This document shows, in pieces, positions 12,347 to 23,016 of a stretch of DNA of 64,000 nucleotides. Position 1 is the first letter of the stretch. Each line of letters begins with the position of its first letter. Under the pieces are notes generated by a model. That model did not search any database, was not told the origin of the DNA, and saw only the letters and a list, made by a program, of their open reading frames with translations. This stretch comes from Raillietiella orientalis (lineage: Eukaryota), in assembly GCA_036172245.1 (NCBI GenBank), contig JAYWIR010000002.1:6448001-6512000 (forward strand). Direction: 5' to 3'. Position numbers and translations under genes: made by a program.

Positions 12347-12965
12347 GCGCTCCGGAAAACGCTGTCCTCGCGAAATCTGCATCCACGGCTGCAGCCTCGC
12401 TGGCCGCTCTACCCCGCTCGCGAAACGCCTCTTGGGGTCGAAAGTCTCTCTTTCGTGGGCGTCGAGGTGAATGCATTGGCGCTGCCGCTGTGGCTACTTG
12501 CCACTGGTGCTTTTGCCATGCGAGACCTCGAGGAGAACATGGCGGACGATGGTGGTTCGGACGCCCCTTGACCCTTCATTTCCCTGCGGCGAAATTTTTG
12601 GTGCTCGCAGGGGGGCGCGTGCATTTGCCCAAAGGGGAAATTCTTGCACGCGCTCTCTGGGAAGCCGCCAGCTGGGTCGAGCGATCGAGGAAGGGCGCGG
12701 GGGTGCTGGGGAAGCGCGGAATCGCTCGCGCGACGCCCTTCGCGCGGCCCGGAAGTCGCGCTCGCTCCTATCCGAAGATCATCGATTAGCCAAAGGTCAG
12801 CGATTCCTCGAACCGGACTGCGCCGGTTCGAGGAATTCGTGCCAGTCTCCGGGGGGAGGGACTTACTCGCGGCGATCGCCGGGCGTTCCGTGGAAAACCG
12901 GGAAGGACGACGACCAGGAGAGCGGGTTCCCTCCCAGGTCCAAGCTCGATGTGCTGGCGGTCACC

Positions 12966-13640
12966 TGAGTCAGGCATTTGGCCCACGTCGGTGGCCGCAG
13001 GCTGCTGCCTCCGCGAGCTGAGGCGCCAGGCGTCAAGGGTTCGAATCCCGCCACAGGGAATGGATCGACGCCGAGAACGGCAGGTGAGCCGTGGGCTTCG
13101 AGTCCCTCCCCTGTCAGTATGACGATGGTTGGCCCACGGACTTCAGGTACTGAGTCGGTGGAAGCAGGAAACCCCTGAATGACCCCGCTGATTGACTTCT
13201 GGGATTCGAAGTCGAACCTCCGGGGATCTTCCAGGAACTATCTCAGTTTCTTTCGGGATTCCCCTCCATTTGTGCAAATGAGTCCATCCCCTCGGGGAGC
13301 GACCCTGCCTGGCGTGCCATTTCCCCTCGGGAGCTGGTTGATGTCTGCCTTTAGAGGTCGCTTATCCAAAAACAGAAGAGCGCTGCTCCCTTCTGGGAGG
13401 CATCCTCCGGCGAAATTGGGAAGCGTTCCTTCGGGGCTCTCTTCAGAGGAGGAATCCAAGAGGGTATCCCTTCCAGGGGGTCCCTGTGGAGAGAACAAGG
13501 AAGAGGATCCCTTTGGAGTTCCCTCTTAAGCGCAAGGGGAACGAGCTCCCTCCTCCGAAACCTTCCTGGATTCATAGGGTGGTACCCCTATAACTGGAAG
13601 AGTAACACGCTCCATCCGGTGGCGTGAGCATGTTCAAGAA
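12966..13640 (+). mobile_element. Modular SINE-like repeat copy: tRNA-like head, core, ~40-bp subrepeats, terminal module
   Basis: Perfect Pol III B box GGTTCGAATCC at 13038-13048 and a second B-like motif ~55 bp downstream. Colinear similarity to 54447-55100, 22230-22480 and 29680-29950; the 3' part (TTCATAGGGT...GAAGAGTAACACGC...CCGGTGGCGT) matches 22130-22206 and, inverted, 32965-33040. Confidence 0.75.
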
Positions 13641-14049
13641 CTTCTTGCGCCCATAGGCGAGCGGCTCTTGGAGTGCTCAGCGCACCCTCCCTTTCCTCCC
13701 CTTCCCTCAAAAGAAAAAAAAACAGGCACGGCTCCTCAGCCTTGGTAGTCACGAAAACGCATCGTTTATTCGGAAGCGATGCCCTGCGTCCTGTAGACCC
13801 AGACGACTAAGGGCACCTCGGAAACCGGAAGCAGCTGCCGAGTGATGGCTGGTGTGTTTGGGTGCAGCCTTGCTCTTTGCAGGATGCATTTCGTTCCCGC
13901 CGCCGTTCCCGATGGGAATGTTCCGATGGAGGCCTTCCTGACAGCAGTTTTTTTTTTGCTTTCCCTCTGCTCCTGTCGGGAAACACGCGGTTGCTTCTCC
14001 CGGTGCTACCTTCGCAGGATGGTGCGCACGGCGGTCTCGACGATGAAGG

Positions 14050-16260
14050 CGAGAGATGAGCGAACCACCTGCAAAAAGGCAGGACCAGAGCTGGTGATGG
14101 CAGGAGGAACCTTGTCGAAGAGCGGCGAGGACGTGAGCTCTTCGTTCCACCTAAAGGAACGTCCTGCGAGAGGAAGGCTCCGTTCCTGTGGCAAAGGGTG
14201 GTGGACTTGACGAGCTGCCTCTAAGATCTCTGGGCAGCTTCTGACGAGACGCTGGAGATCGCTGAGATCGACTGGCGGATCTGTTTGGAGCTCACGCGAC
14301 GGGTCTGCCGCCTCCCCGAGGGAGGTTTGACCGTCCACTCCCTGCTACCGACCGGGTGCTCCCGGTCGAGCAGCGCGATACAACGTAGGAGCGGCACCAG
14401 CGCTTCCTGGAAGGCGCCCGACCGACCCGCCAAGCGAGCTGCCCTCAGCCGACGGCTCGGAGTGCCCTGGATGCGGCAGTACCACCATCTGGAGCTCACG
14501 GTGACCGGAGAGCGCCAGTTTCCCACCCTTCCGATCATGCGTCGGCACCTCGGGAGAAAAGTGACACCTAGCCTGGCCGGCATCTGCCGGGGGCAATAGG
14601 TGGCGCCCGAGCGCACCGGAAAGGGCTGGGCAGGGATCCCGATGGTTCCGGAAAGAGAAGGGGGGGAGCTAATTGGAGCACGGTCCCGGCGGTCTCCAGG
14701 GAAGTTCAGAGAGCTTCCTCCTTTCACCTCTCGCCTAGCCTCGCCGCCGATTGGGAGCGCGATAATCGCGAGGAGGAAATCCTTCCGTCCCGAAAAGGGA
14801 TGCTCCCTGAAGAGCGGCCACGACGAAGCGACTTCCGGGATCGCTTAACCGCTGCTGCTGGCGGTCAGAGAAACGCCCGGAGGTCTGGGAGAAGATCAAG
14901 GAGAAACCGGTGAGAGAGGCAGACGGAAAGCTAGAAATCAGCTTGCCCTTTCTCCCCTTTCTTTCCTTCTTCCTCTTCACATTGACACGAGGTCACTTAG
15001 CACCCCTGCCTCTCGGGTCCTACGCCAACGTCTTCGATGTTTCTGTTTCCCCTCTCGTCCTTTCGCGTCTCTGCCAATGCTACTGAAACTGTTGCAGGGA
15101 CGTGCACCATGCTGATCCGGGAGCATGTGCTTCGGCTGCTCCCTCGAACGTCCCAAAGAGGCCAGAGAGAGAAGCTGCATCCCGGTTCTGTCCGCCAGAA
15201 AAGAACCGCCGGGACGCTCGCGGATCCAAACGTGGCCGAGCTTTCAGGAGGAAGTTCGGGCTTCTGTCACTACCTCCATTCTTCCCCCCTCCCTCTGTTC
15301 TGCTTCCTTTCTTCCCAGATCCTTTCCCGGAGGGTCTGGGTGCCTTTCAGAGATCAGGGGATCTCAGGCGTGCCCTGCTCGTCGGTAGACTCTCGCGATC
15401 CCAACGGCGGATGCTTCCCCGAGAGCGTCGCCGAGTCGCCTGCCAGTCCATTGCGTGGCAACTCCTCCTCCTTCCCCCTTCTCATTCCCAGACCCGTGCG
15501 GAAACGGGTGAGCTCACCCGCATCCGGGAGGTCACTAATCCCTTCTTGAGCGCCGGGGAGCGGCTGGAAGAAGGAGCTGGGCATCCCTTCGCATCCTCCT
15601 CGTCGAGGAGAGAACCTACTGCCTGAAGTCCCGTTGATTGATGGCGCCCTCGCCTCATTAACTCCCCCCTCCCGAAGGTGACACCCCCGTCTGACTACCT
15701 GCACGTGGCCCGACGGAGCGGCCAGGCCTCGCCGCAGGTCCGAGACGCTGATGCCCTGGACCACCCAGCGACTCCGGGAAATCCTGCTGTCGTCGCACGC
15801 CACCCTGCGCTGCAGAGGTTCGGAGGAAGGGGAAAAAAAAAATTCTTGGGTGGTTCCTCAGGAAGGGACCTCAGTTCCGTCCTGGGAAGAAGAAGCAGAT
15901 GTTTCGATGCAGATGGCAATGCTACTCGACACGAGAGGAAGAAGAGAGAGCGTCCGGCATCCGGACTTTCTGGATCCCCCTAGGAGCTCGGAGGGGGAGG
16001 CATCGAGCTAACCATCTATCGAACAGGATCCGGAGGCGACGGCTGAGCTCCTGGAGGCGGCGAGAAAGGCGCGTGGGCCCAGAGGACTAGTCTTTTCCAG
16101 CTCGTCCACGAGATCCCGTTTGCGTTCCTCCGGCCTAGGGCGAGATGCAAGAAGGGAATGCCCGGTGGGAATCCGAAGACGCAGAAGAGCCGGATGGCGT
16201 CAAGGAAAGCCTCCTTTTGAAGGTCCATCGGAAGAGAAATCCCATCCGGGACTGTCAATA
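14050..16260 (-). mobile_element. Possible heavily decayed non-LTR retrotransposon reverse-transcriptase region
   Basis: Minus-strand fragments occur in the expected order: MDLQKEAFLDAI...FGFP (~16228-16165; cf. LDxxKAFD), INGTSGSRFSPRRGGCEGMPSS...DLP (~15638-15525; cf. ING..S..F...RG.RQG.PLSP), LAGDSATL (cf. F/YADD), RLGVTF (14557-14574; cf. YLGV). Spacing is longer than canonical and every motif is degenerate. Confidence 0.4.
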
Positions 16261-19200
16261 CACCTCACGAGGAACGCCACCCTGCCATGCGGTTACCGGG
16301 GCGCCAGTCGCATCGCGCGCGGCAGCTGCTGCCTCTAAAGGGTCTCTGCGTGTTCCATTCCGCGTGGTCGAGTATCCGGAAGGACCGCAGCTCACTCGGG
16401 TGCCTGGTGGAATGCGCGAACGAGACCCGGAAGGAGGGCGCTTCTGGGTCGGGTTTGGCCCTTCGCCACCGAGGCGGACGGTTCCCTTGTAGACGAGTGC
16501 GAGGAGTCTGGATTTCTTCCTCCAAGGTGCCCTCCAATAGAGCGCGCAGCTGCGCTTCCAGAGCTCTCTCGAGTCGTCGAGGTCCAAGTCTTCCGACTCG
16601 GATTCTCGCGAGGCGCCGGAATGGCTCCGCCTTCCACGAACACGAGACGCACGTTCTCGTAGTGGACCACTCGCCCCTCAGAGAGGGCGCCACTCCCCTC
16701 CTTGTCTCGACTGGTCGATAGAGGGGTGGAGGGCGAAATCAGGTCCCTCTGATACGCAGTTTCATGGCGCTGATGGTGGCGCCGTCAAGGCAGCGCAGCG
16801 AACGGCGAGTTGCAGACGGCGACGTCGTCCGTTTCGCAGTCTTGCCAAAGAGATCAACATCCTCCTGTCCTCCGGAAGTCACTCCAGCAGGGTCAGCTGT
16901 TTGCCAAGTCTTCTCCGACTCGCTGAATGTCTTCGGCGACTTCGCTTCCGCTGGACTGCACTCAGAGGCTGCTTGCATGGACCCTTCCTCCGCGCAGCAT
17001 CTCCAGCACCACATTGGGGTAGCTGCTGATGCCGCTGAGACCTGCGCTGGCAGCAGATCCCTCCGGGAGTGCTGCGCTTCAGCGGCACCTTACCTCTGCT
17101 TGTCAAAACTTGCCGTTCTCTTCCTCCTCCGACGTAGAAGCGACGACGGGAACGGCCCTGATCCGGCAGTTGGGTACGGGCATATGGGGTTTGTGCACCA
17201 CCCATCCCCACGGCCGGTCCCCTCGATAGGAGGTTCATTGCAGACACTCTTTAGTCGAATCCGACTTCCACGGCCATCATCTTGCTCTCCATGGCAACCG
17301 GCACCTCTCTCGGGGCCCGATGAGCGTCACGTCGGTCGCACTGCAGCGCAACGCGTGGGCCATTTGTGGGTCTTCCGGGAACTCTCACGGGTCCGACAGC
17401 AGCTGAGCTTCAGCGTCCAAGAGACCACGCAGGGTTTGAGACCGGGTCGAGGTTGCTTGTACTCCAGGACCTCTCCGCTACATGCGCTTCTCCGCATGAG
17501 AACACAGTTTCGAGCAGCGCTCGCTACACCGAGGGAAACTTCGCAGGACTGAAAACCATGGCAACTAGCCGTCTGGTGGTTTGCCTTCTTTCCCTGTGTG
17601 TAGCTCTTCATGACCCGTTCGGAAGTCAGGATTGCCGCGAGCTAGCATTACAGATCCCCTCTGGCTTCGCCCTAGCCGGACATGGTCAACCGCATGCGCG
17701 GACTCGTACTTCGCTCCACCGGTTGGCTGCTGTCACTGAATTCCCTGAGGACAGACAGTGCTGCGGCAAGAGGTGTGATGACTATCAGGGACCACTACGT
17801 CCAGTCCTGCAGGAGATCTAGCAGTTTGCATAGGACTTTCCTCAGTTGAGAAAGAAATTCCTCCGGGAGCACTTCAAGTGAGGTCACCTCCCGTGCTCCC
17901 TGCCCCCAGGAGTTTCCACTTTTGAGGCGGCAGGAGATCCAAGGCAGGGATCCCAACATTGAAGACAGCTGCCTCAAGGGAAAGCCGAATCCTGACATCC
18001 TGTGTCTGCAGCGCCGTAGCAACAAACCTGCGTTTCCAGCACATCTTTCGAGGAAGTGGCAAACCGGAGCAAACCGGTGACAAGTCCACAATTTTCCGCA
18101 AAGGGTCTTAAGTCAGGGTTACACCTGCAGCCCTATCTTGTAGATGGTCAAGATGAACAGGCTAGCATCCTGGCGCGGATGCTTTTGAAGGGGTGAAATC
18201 GAAAAGAAATTTCCGCACTGTGGAAACGGCACTGAGGACAGCGGTGAGGTACTTCAAACGAGCTGCAAGTGACGGCATGACGGCTCAAGCATTGAAACTT
18301 CATGTCCAGTTGCCCCGAACGAGCGTTTTTCCCCGAGATCAAAATTGATGCAACTTGCTCTGTTGATTGCCAAAGGCCGATCGATGGATCTTCCCATGAA
18401 CATTCTGCAAAATATAAAGCGGAGAATATGGAAAAATCGAATCGAGCACGAAAGTGTTGGGGGGAAGGCACTGAGAACTCTAGCAGGAGAAGAAGTAACC
18501 ACGGAGGCGAAGAGCATTTCTAAAGCAGCTTATTTATTTCGCTGAGGGATATGCCAAGCATTGCTTCGGGTGTTTGTGTTTGTCTTCACTGGTCATCTCT
18601 TTAACAGGACCCCGATTCCCGTGAAGAGCAAAAATAAACGAACGCCAGAAGGCGAAAATACCGTGGATTATGGCAAAGTTTCTGAGATGAGCTCTTCTGT
18701 TGATAAGAACAAATGACCCATGAGTCATCTGAATTATTTGCAGCAATGATGAGTCATTTGTAGTAAATTGCTGCTCAAAATAGTTGAGATTGATCAGAAC
18801 AAGCGCCTCCGGAGATGTTGTGCACATAGATGCATCCGAAGAAACACAGTTTTCTAATAATAGCCGTGATCCATAAAAGAATCATGATCTGTCTCACGCT
18901 GCTCCGTCTTAAATCAGCAAGACAGAAGACGCCAACGCAAAGTAATTTGCCCCTGAGAGACTGGCTACTCTGCTAACGTTCTGCTGCTTTGTGTAAGAAA
19001 TCTTGTAACAGTACTAAGATCGTGACAACCCAAATCATTTCAGTGGAGACTTCCGGGGAATCCATTACCCAGAATACTACAAGATGGATACTGGGACTTC
19101 AGATTGTAATGGTGGCACTTGTGATTTTCAGAGAAGGAGGTGCTGCCAGCAGATTTTCCATTTGGAATTCAGGCAGCTTTATAGATTTTGTGGAGACTTA

Positions 19201-21920
19201 GGAAGGCACATTTAGAACAATTGCATTACGCAATTCGTTTCTTGAATAAAACAGACCAAAGCAAGTTGTGGGTTGTAGGTTTTTTTGCAATCAACATGGG
19301 TGAATAATTGAGTTTTCTTCAGTCTGTGATGCCTGCTAGAAAAAAGTGTACTTAATGTAAACTTCGAAAGCTCCATCAGCGATGTGAATCCAGGGAGAAA
19401 CTGTGGAAGAGCGGGAACCTAGAATGGCATATCGGTCGGGACGAGAGAAACCAATGATAATCAAGAAATTGAAATCTCTCAAGAAGCATCATTAGGGGAA
19501 ACAGCAGCGAATCGTTCCACATGGGAAGCAATGCTCCCGTGGATAGCGCTGTGCCCAAATATCATTTGGTGCCCATTCACGAAAGATTTGGCACTTTGGG
19601 AACACTCTGATCAGTCTAAGAGAAATGTTGGCGAAGAGAATGGCGTGATGCTTAGCATTTCTCTTGAACTTTTCCAACAGATTCCAACCTTGGACCCTAA
19701 AAGCAGTTTAATTTCCGATGAAAACTCGTGCATTCTTGTGGAAGCTGTGTATCTTCACGAGACTATCTTAGGAACGACTCTGTGTCATCAATACAATTCG
19801 CAAATGCGAACATCAAATGAACACACTGCATGCACACTCGTGAGAGATGCTCTCCGAATCGCATGTGGGGATAGACAGAGGATCGCATGCTCCCCGCTGC
19901 TGTGATCACGCATGCCGAATGAAAATCATTAGGGGGGTTCCAAACAAACAACCCCCAAAAAATTCCTAGAAAAGTCCAGTGACTTGTGAGGTGGAATGGC
20001 TCAGGAAAACTTCTGCTCAGTAGCAACCTGGTAAGCTGAGAATTTTCACGAAACTTCTTTTTCCAAAGGAGTGGCCGAGAAGGGACCGTGTGTCGGGAGT
20101 TCCAGTTTTGTCCGTGATCAAGAGCCACGCCTCTTCCTAACTGCTGTCCAGCCTCCTTCACGTAGCGGAAAGATGGGAATTCTATTCTGGAAGTATGCGT
20201 TGGAGTTGCGGCTCACAAACCTCGAAGAACTTTCGTGGAACCCCATCTTTCCACGTGCGGTTCGACCGTGTCGTTAATTTTCAAGACTTGCAATTCCTCT
20301 CCAGAAAGGAAGTCCCATGGGATATGGCAGCGCAGGAAGCGTGTGGCCACTTTAATGTGAGACCAACTTTCAAGAAAGCTGAAACCAGGAAACGGTTCCT
20401 AACAAAACCGATGGAGATAATTACGCTGACATCCAGTTTCTGCGCTCACCGACGTATTCACCAAGTGATCAAGTCACTGTAAAGTTGAGATGAAAAGTCC
20501 GAAAGTGAGGCAACGGCCCTGCAGAGCCGAAACCTCCGATACAGCAAGTGTCGAAAAAGTCTCCTGCTTCCATGGATGCTCTTAGCCCAAGACGAATTCG
20601 CTGCAGATCATCCCCAAGACAGCTTTGGCCAATTATGTCGGGGCTGAAATTTCAGATTAGCTCCTGTATTGCTTGCAACGGTCACCAGGGGAATTCAAAG
20701 ATCAGTGGAGGAAATTGCTAAGCGACGGAAAGGGCGCATGAAGAAGATTCCTGGGCACACATCCTTTGTTATGCTCACTTGTATCCTCTAGAGTTACATC
20801 TAAAAATGGAGGATGCTTCTTCAGCGAAGAGCAAACGTGACCACCAAAATTCGGATCAAGAACGTTTATGCATGCGTCCCCTCACTGAAACAGGCAGTCA
20901 CCGAGATTTTCTGGATGGAGATGTCTGATTATTCTGCTTGTGGTTTCCTATGCTGCAAGACCACAACTCACTCATCATGAATCCACGTTTGATGTAGCGA
21001 AAGAACTGTGTCATCGAAACGAAACTGTTCCAAGCTGCAAAGAATTCCTCAAACCAAAGAATCAGCCACATTCAACGGCATTTCCGCGGCTTGACCATTG
21101 ACCCTGACACCCTTGATGGAAACAGAGAGAAGACTGCGCAAGTCACCACAAGCATCGAAACTGGATGGGTTCGTGATGGTGCATCTGGATGTCAAAGCAG
21201 CGTGCCCAAGAAGAAGGATACAATGAAAATCTCGACGGGACTGCGTCGAAATTCAGACTGGAACGGCAAACTGAGCAGAGTCTGAAGTTCACTTAGCGTA
21301 AAGATAAAAGGTAAGCGCGTTACGAGCCCCTGAGTTTCCGAATGAAAGCATCTGGAAAGGTCAACTCGCGCACCGATGCCTATCAGCCGCGTTCCGGCGC
21401 AATCAGCAGTTTTCTTCGCGAACCGACACAGTTTCTCTCCTTCTGCCAGCAGCTCCCGAAAGCTTTGTGGTGGTTTCCTGAATCCTCTCCCAATCCGCGT
21501 TCGCATCTTCCCGCCGATCCAGGAAACAACGTGGCTGGACTGCGAATCGCCGAGCTCTCAACTTTCGTTTTCTTCCCGAATTCCCGTTCACTAAAACGGT
21601 TTCTGAAACTAGCTCTGAGGTATGAGCTTTCTGGGGGTGCACAGGATGGGAGCTGAAGGAACTCGTTTGGAGAGGTTCAGAAGACTTGCAAGCACAACTG
21701 GGTTTCGTTCAAATCGATCCACACGTAGATGCAAAGAGATATGATGTGCTGCTTGCCCTGGGATCGCCTGAGGCGGCCCATTAGAGCTTAGGAAAATTCA
21801 CCCTCATTTGCACGCAGGGGTCCAGGGAGTCGCATCCATCCGGAGGCTTCCAGTCTGTTATAAGTAGTCTCAGGAGACAAGGTGCACGTTTTTGAAATCT
21901 GATGAGCCTTCGAGTAGCTG

Positions 21921-22480
21921 TTTCCCTCTGGAGAAGAAATGACTACTAGCAGATCCTTTTCGGGTTCCCTTCGGAGAAGAAAAATGGAGCGGATCCCTCC
22001 AGGGTTCCCTCTGGAGAGAATAAGGAAGGAGATTCTTCTTCGGGGTTCTCTTCGAAAACAACCAGGGCGGAGGTGATCTTTATTCCGGGGATCCCTCCTT
22101 AGGCCTCCTAAGAGGAACGGACTCCGAGCCCTTCCTGAATTCATAGTGCGGACCCCTCCCGGGGCACCCTTTATCTTGAAGAATTACACGCATCCTCGGG
22201 TGGCGTAGAATAGAGGTAAAGAGCTTGTATCGGAGGCCATGTGGTTGCGGTCTGCGCCCGTGGCACCAGGCGTCGCGGGTTCAAATGCTAGGAAAGAATC
22301 GACACCGAGAGGTGGGTGCGCCGTGGGTTCGAGTTCCTCCTGCAAGATGGCGCTGGTTGATCCACATTCATTCGGCTGCAGTACCGATGGCTATTCAAAC
22401 CGGATGCTCCCAAAGAGTGGCCAGGATTAGGAGTCGACCTCCCGGGATCCTTCCAGAGCTACGGAGGGAAGCAGCTCATG
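21921..22480 (+). mobile_element. Modular SINE-like repeat copy, permuted order: subrepeat array, terminal module, then head and core
   Basis: ~40-bp units GGAGAAGAAA...AGC(A/G)GATCC.T..GGGTTCCCT at 21921-22110; terminal module 22120-22206; B-box-like GGTTCAAATGC 22278-22288 and GGTTCGAGTTC 22326-22336; core GGATTAGGAGTCGACCTCCCGGGATCCTTCCAG. Confidence 0.7.
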
Positions 22481-22703
22481 GAGTCTTGCAGCCACTAGAA
22501 AGGTGCGTCTTTAATCTCAAGCTCTTGTCCCCTTGCAAAGAACATCGTCTTCATTCCAAATTTGTTGCACCGAGGTCCGGGGATGCACCGGTGAAAAGCT
22601 CATTCGTTTGCTTACACTCTGAAATGGATTCCTTTGATCTCAACAATCCAGATTTTTCCTTCTCTTTGAGTGCTCCAACTGCAGGTGGAAGATGTCTGTA
22701 CAG

Positions 22704-23016
22704 AGCACCATCGTCGCCATCGTCGTCGTTTTCACCTTCATGAGCACCATCGTCATGATCATCAACTTTATCCTCCTCCCTATCCACTTCATCCTCTTCT
22801 CTTCTTCTACCTCATTCCCCTTCTCCTCTTCGTTTCCTCCCCTATTCCTCTTCTTTCTCCTTCTCCTCCTCCCTTCTTCCTCTTCTTCCCTTCCTTTTCT
22901 TTCTCTTCCCTTCTTCTCCTCTTCCTTCCTCCTCTTCATTCTCCCTCCTTTCTCCTTCTGTCTTCTTTCTTCTCCGTCCTTCCCCTCTTCTTCTCCTCTT
23001 TTCTTCTCCTCTTCTC
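22704..23016 (+). repeat. Low-complexity tract: degenerate CAT/CGT triplets grading into a ~245-nt C/T polypyrimidine (CTT/CCT) run
   Basis: 22771-23016 is almost exclusively C and T. Confidence 0.95.

Noticed and set aside
12980..13055. tRNA gene suggested by GGTTCGAATCCCGCC
   Set aside because: I could not fold a cloverleaf, there is no clear A box, and it is part of a dispersed diverged repeat, so it is treated as a SINE-like head.
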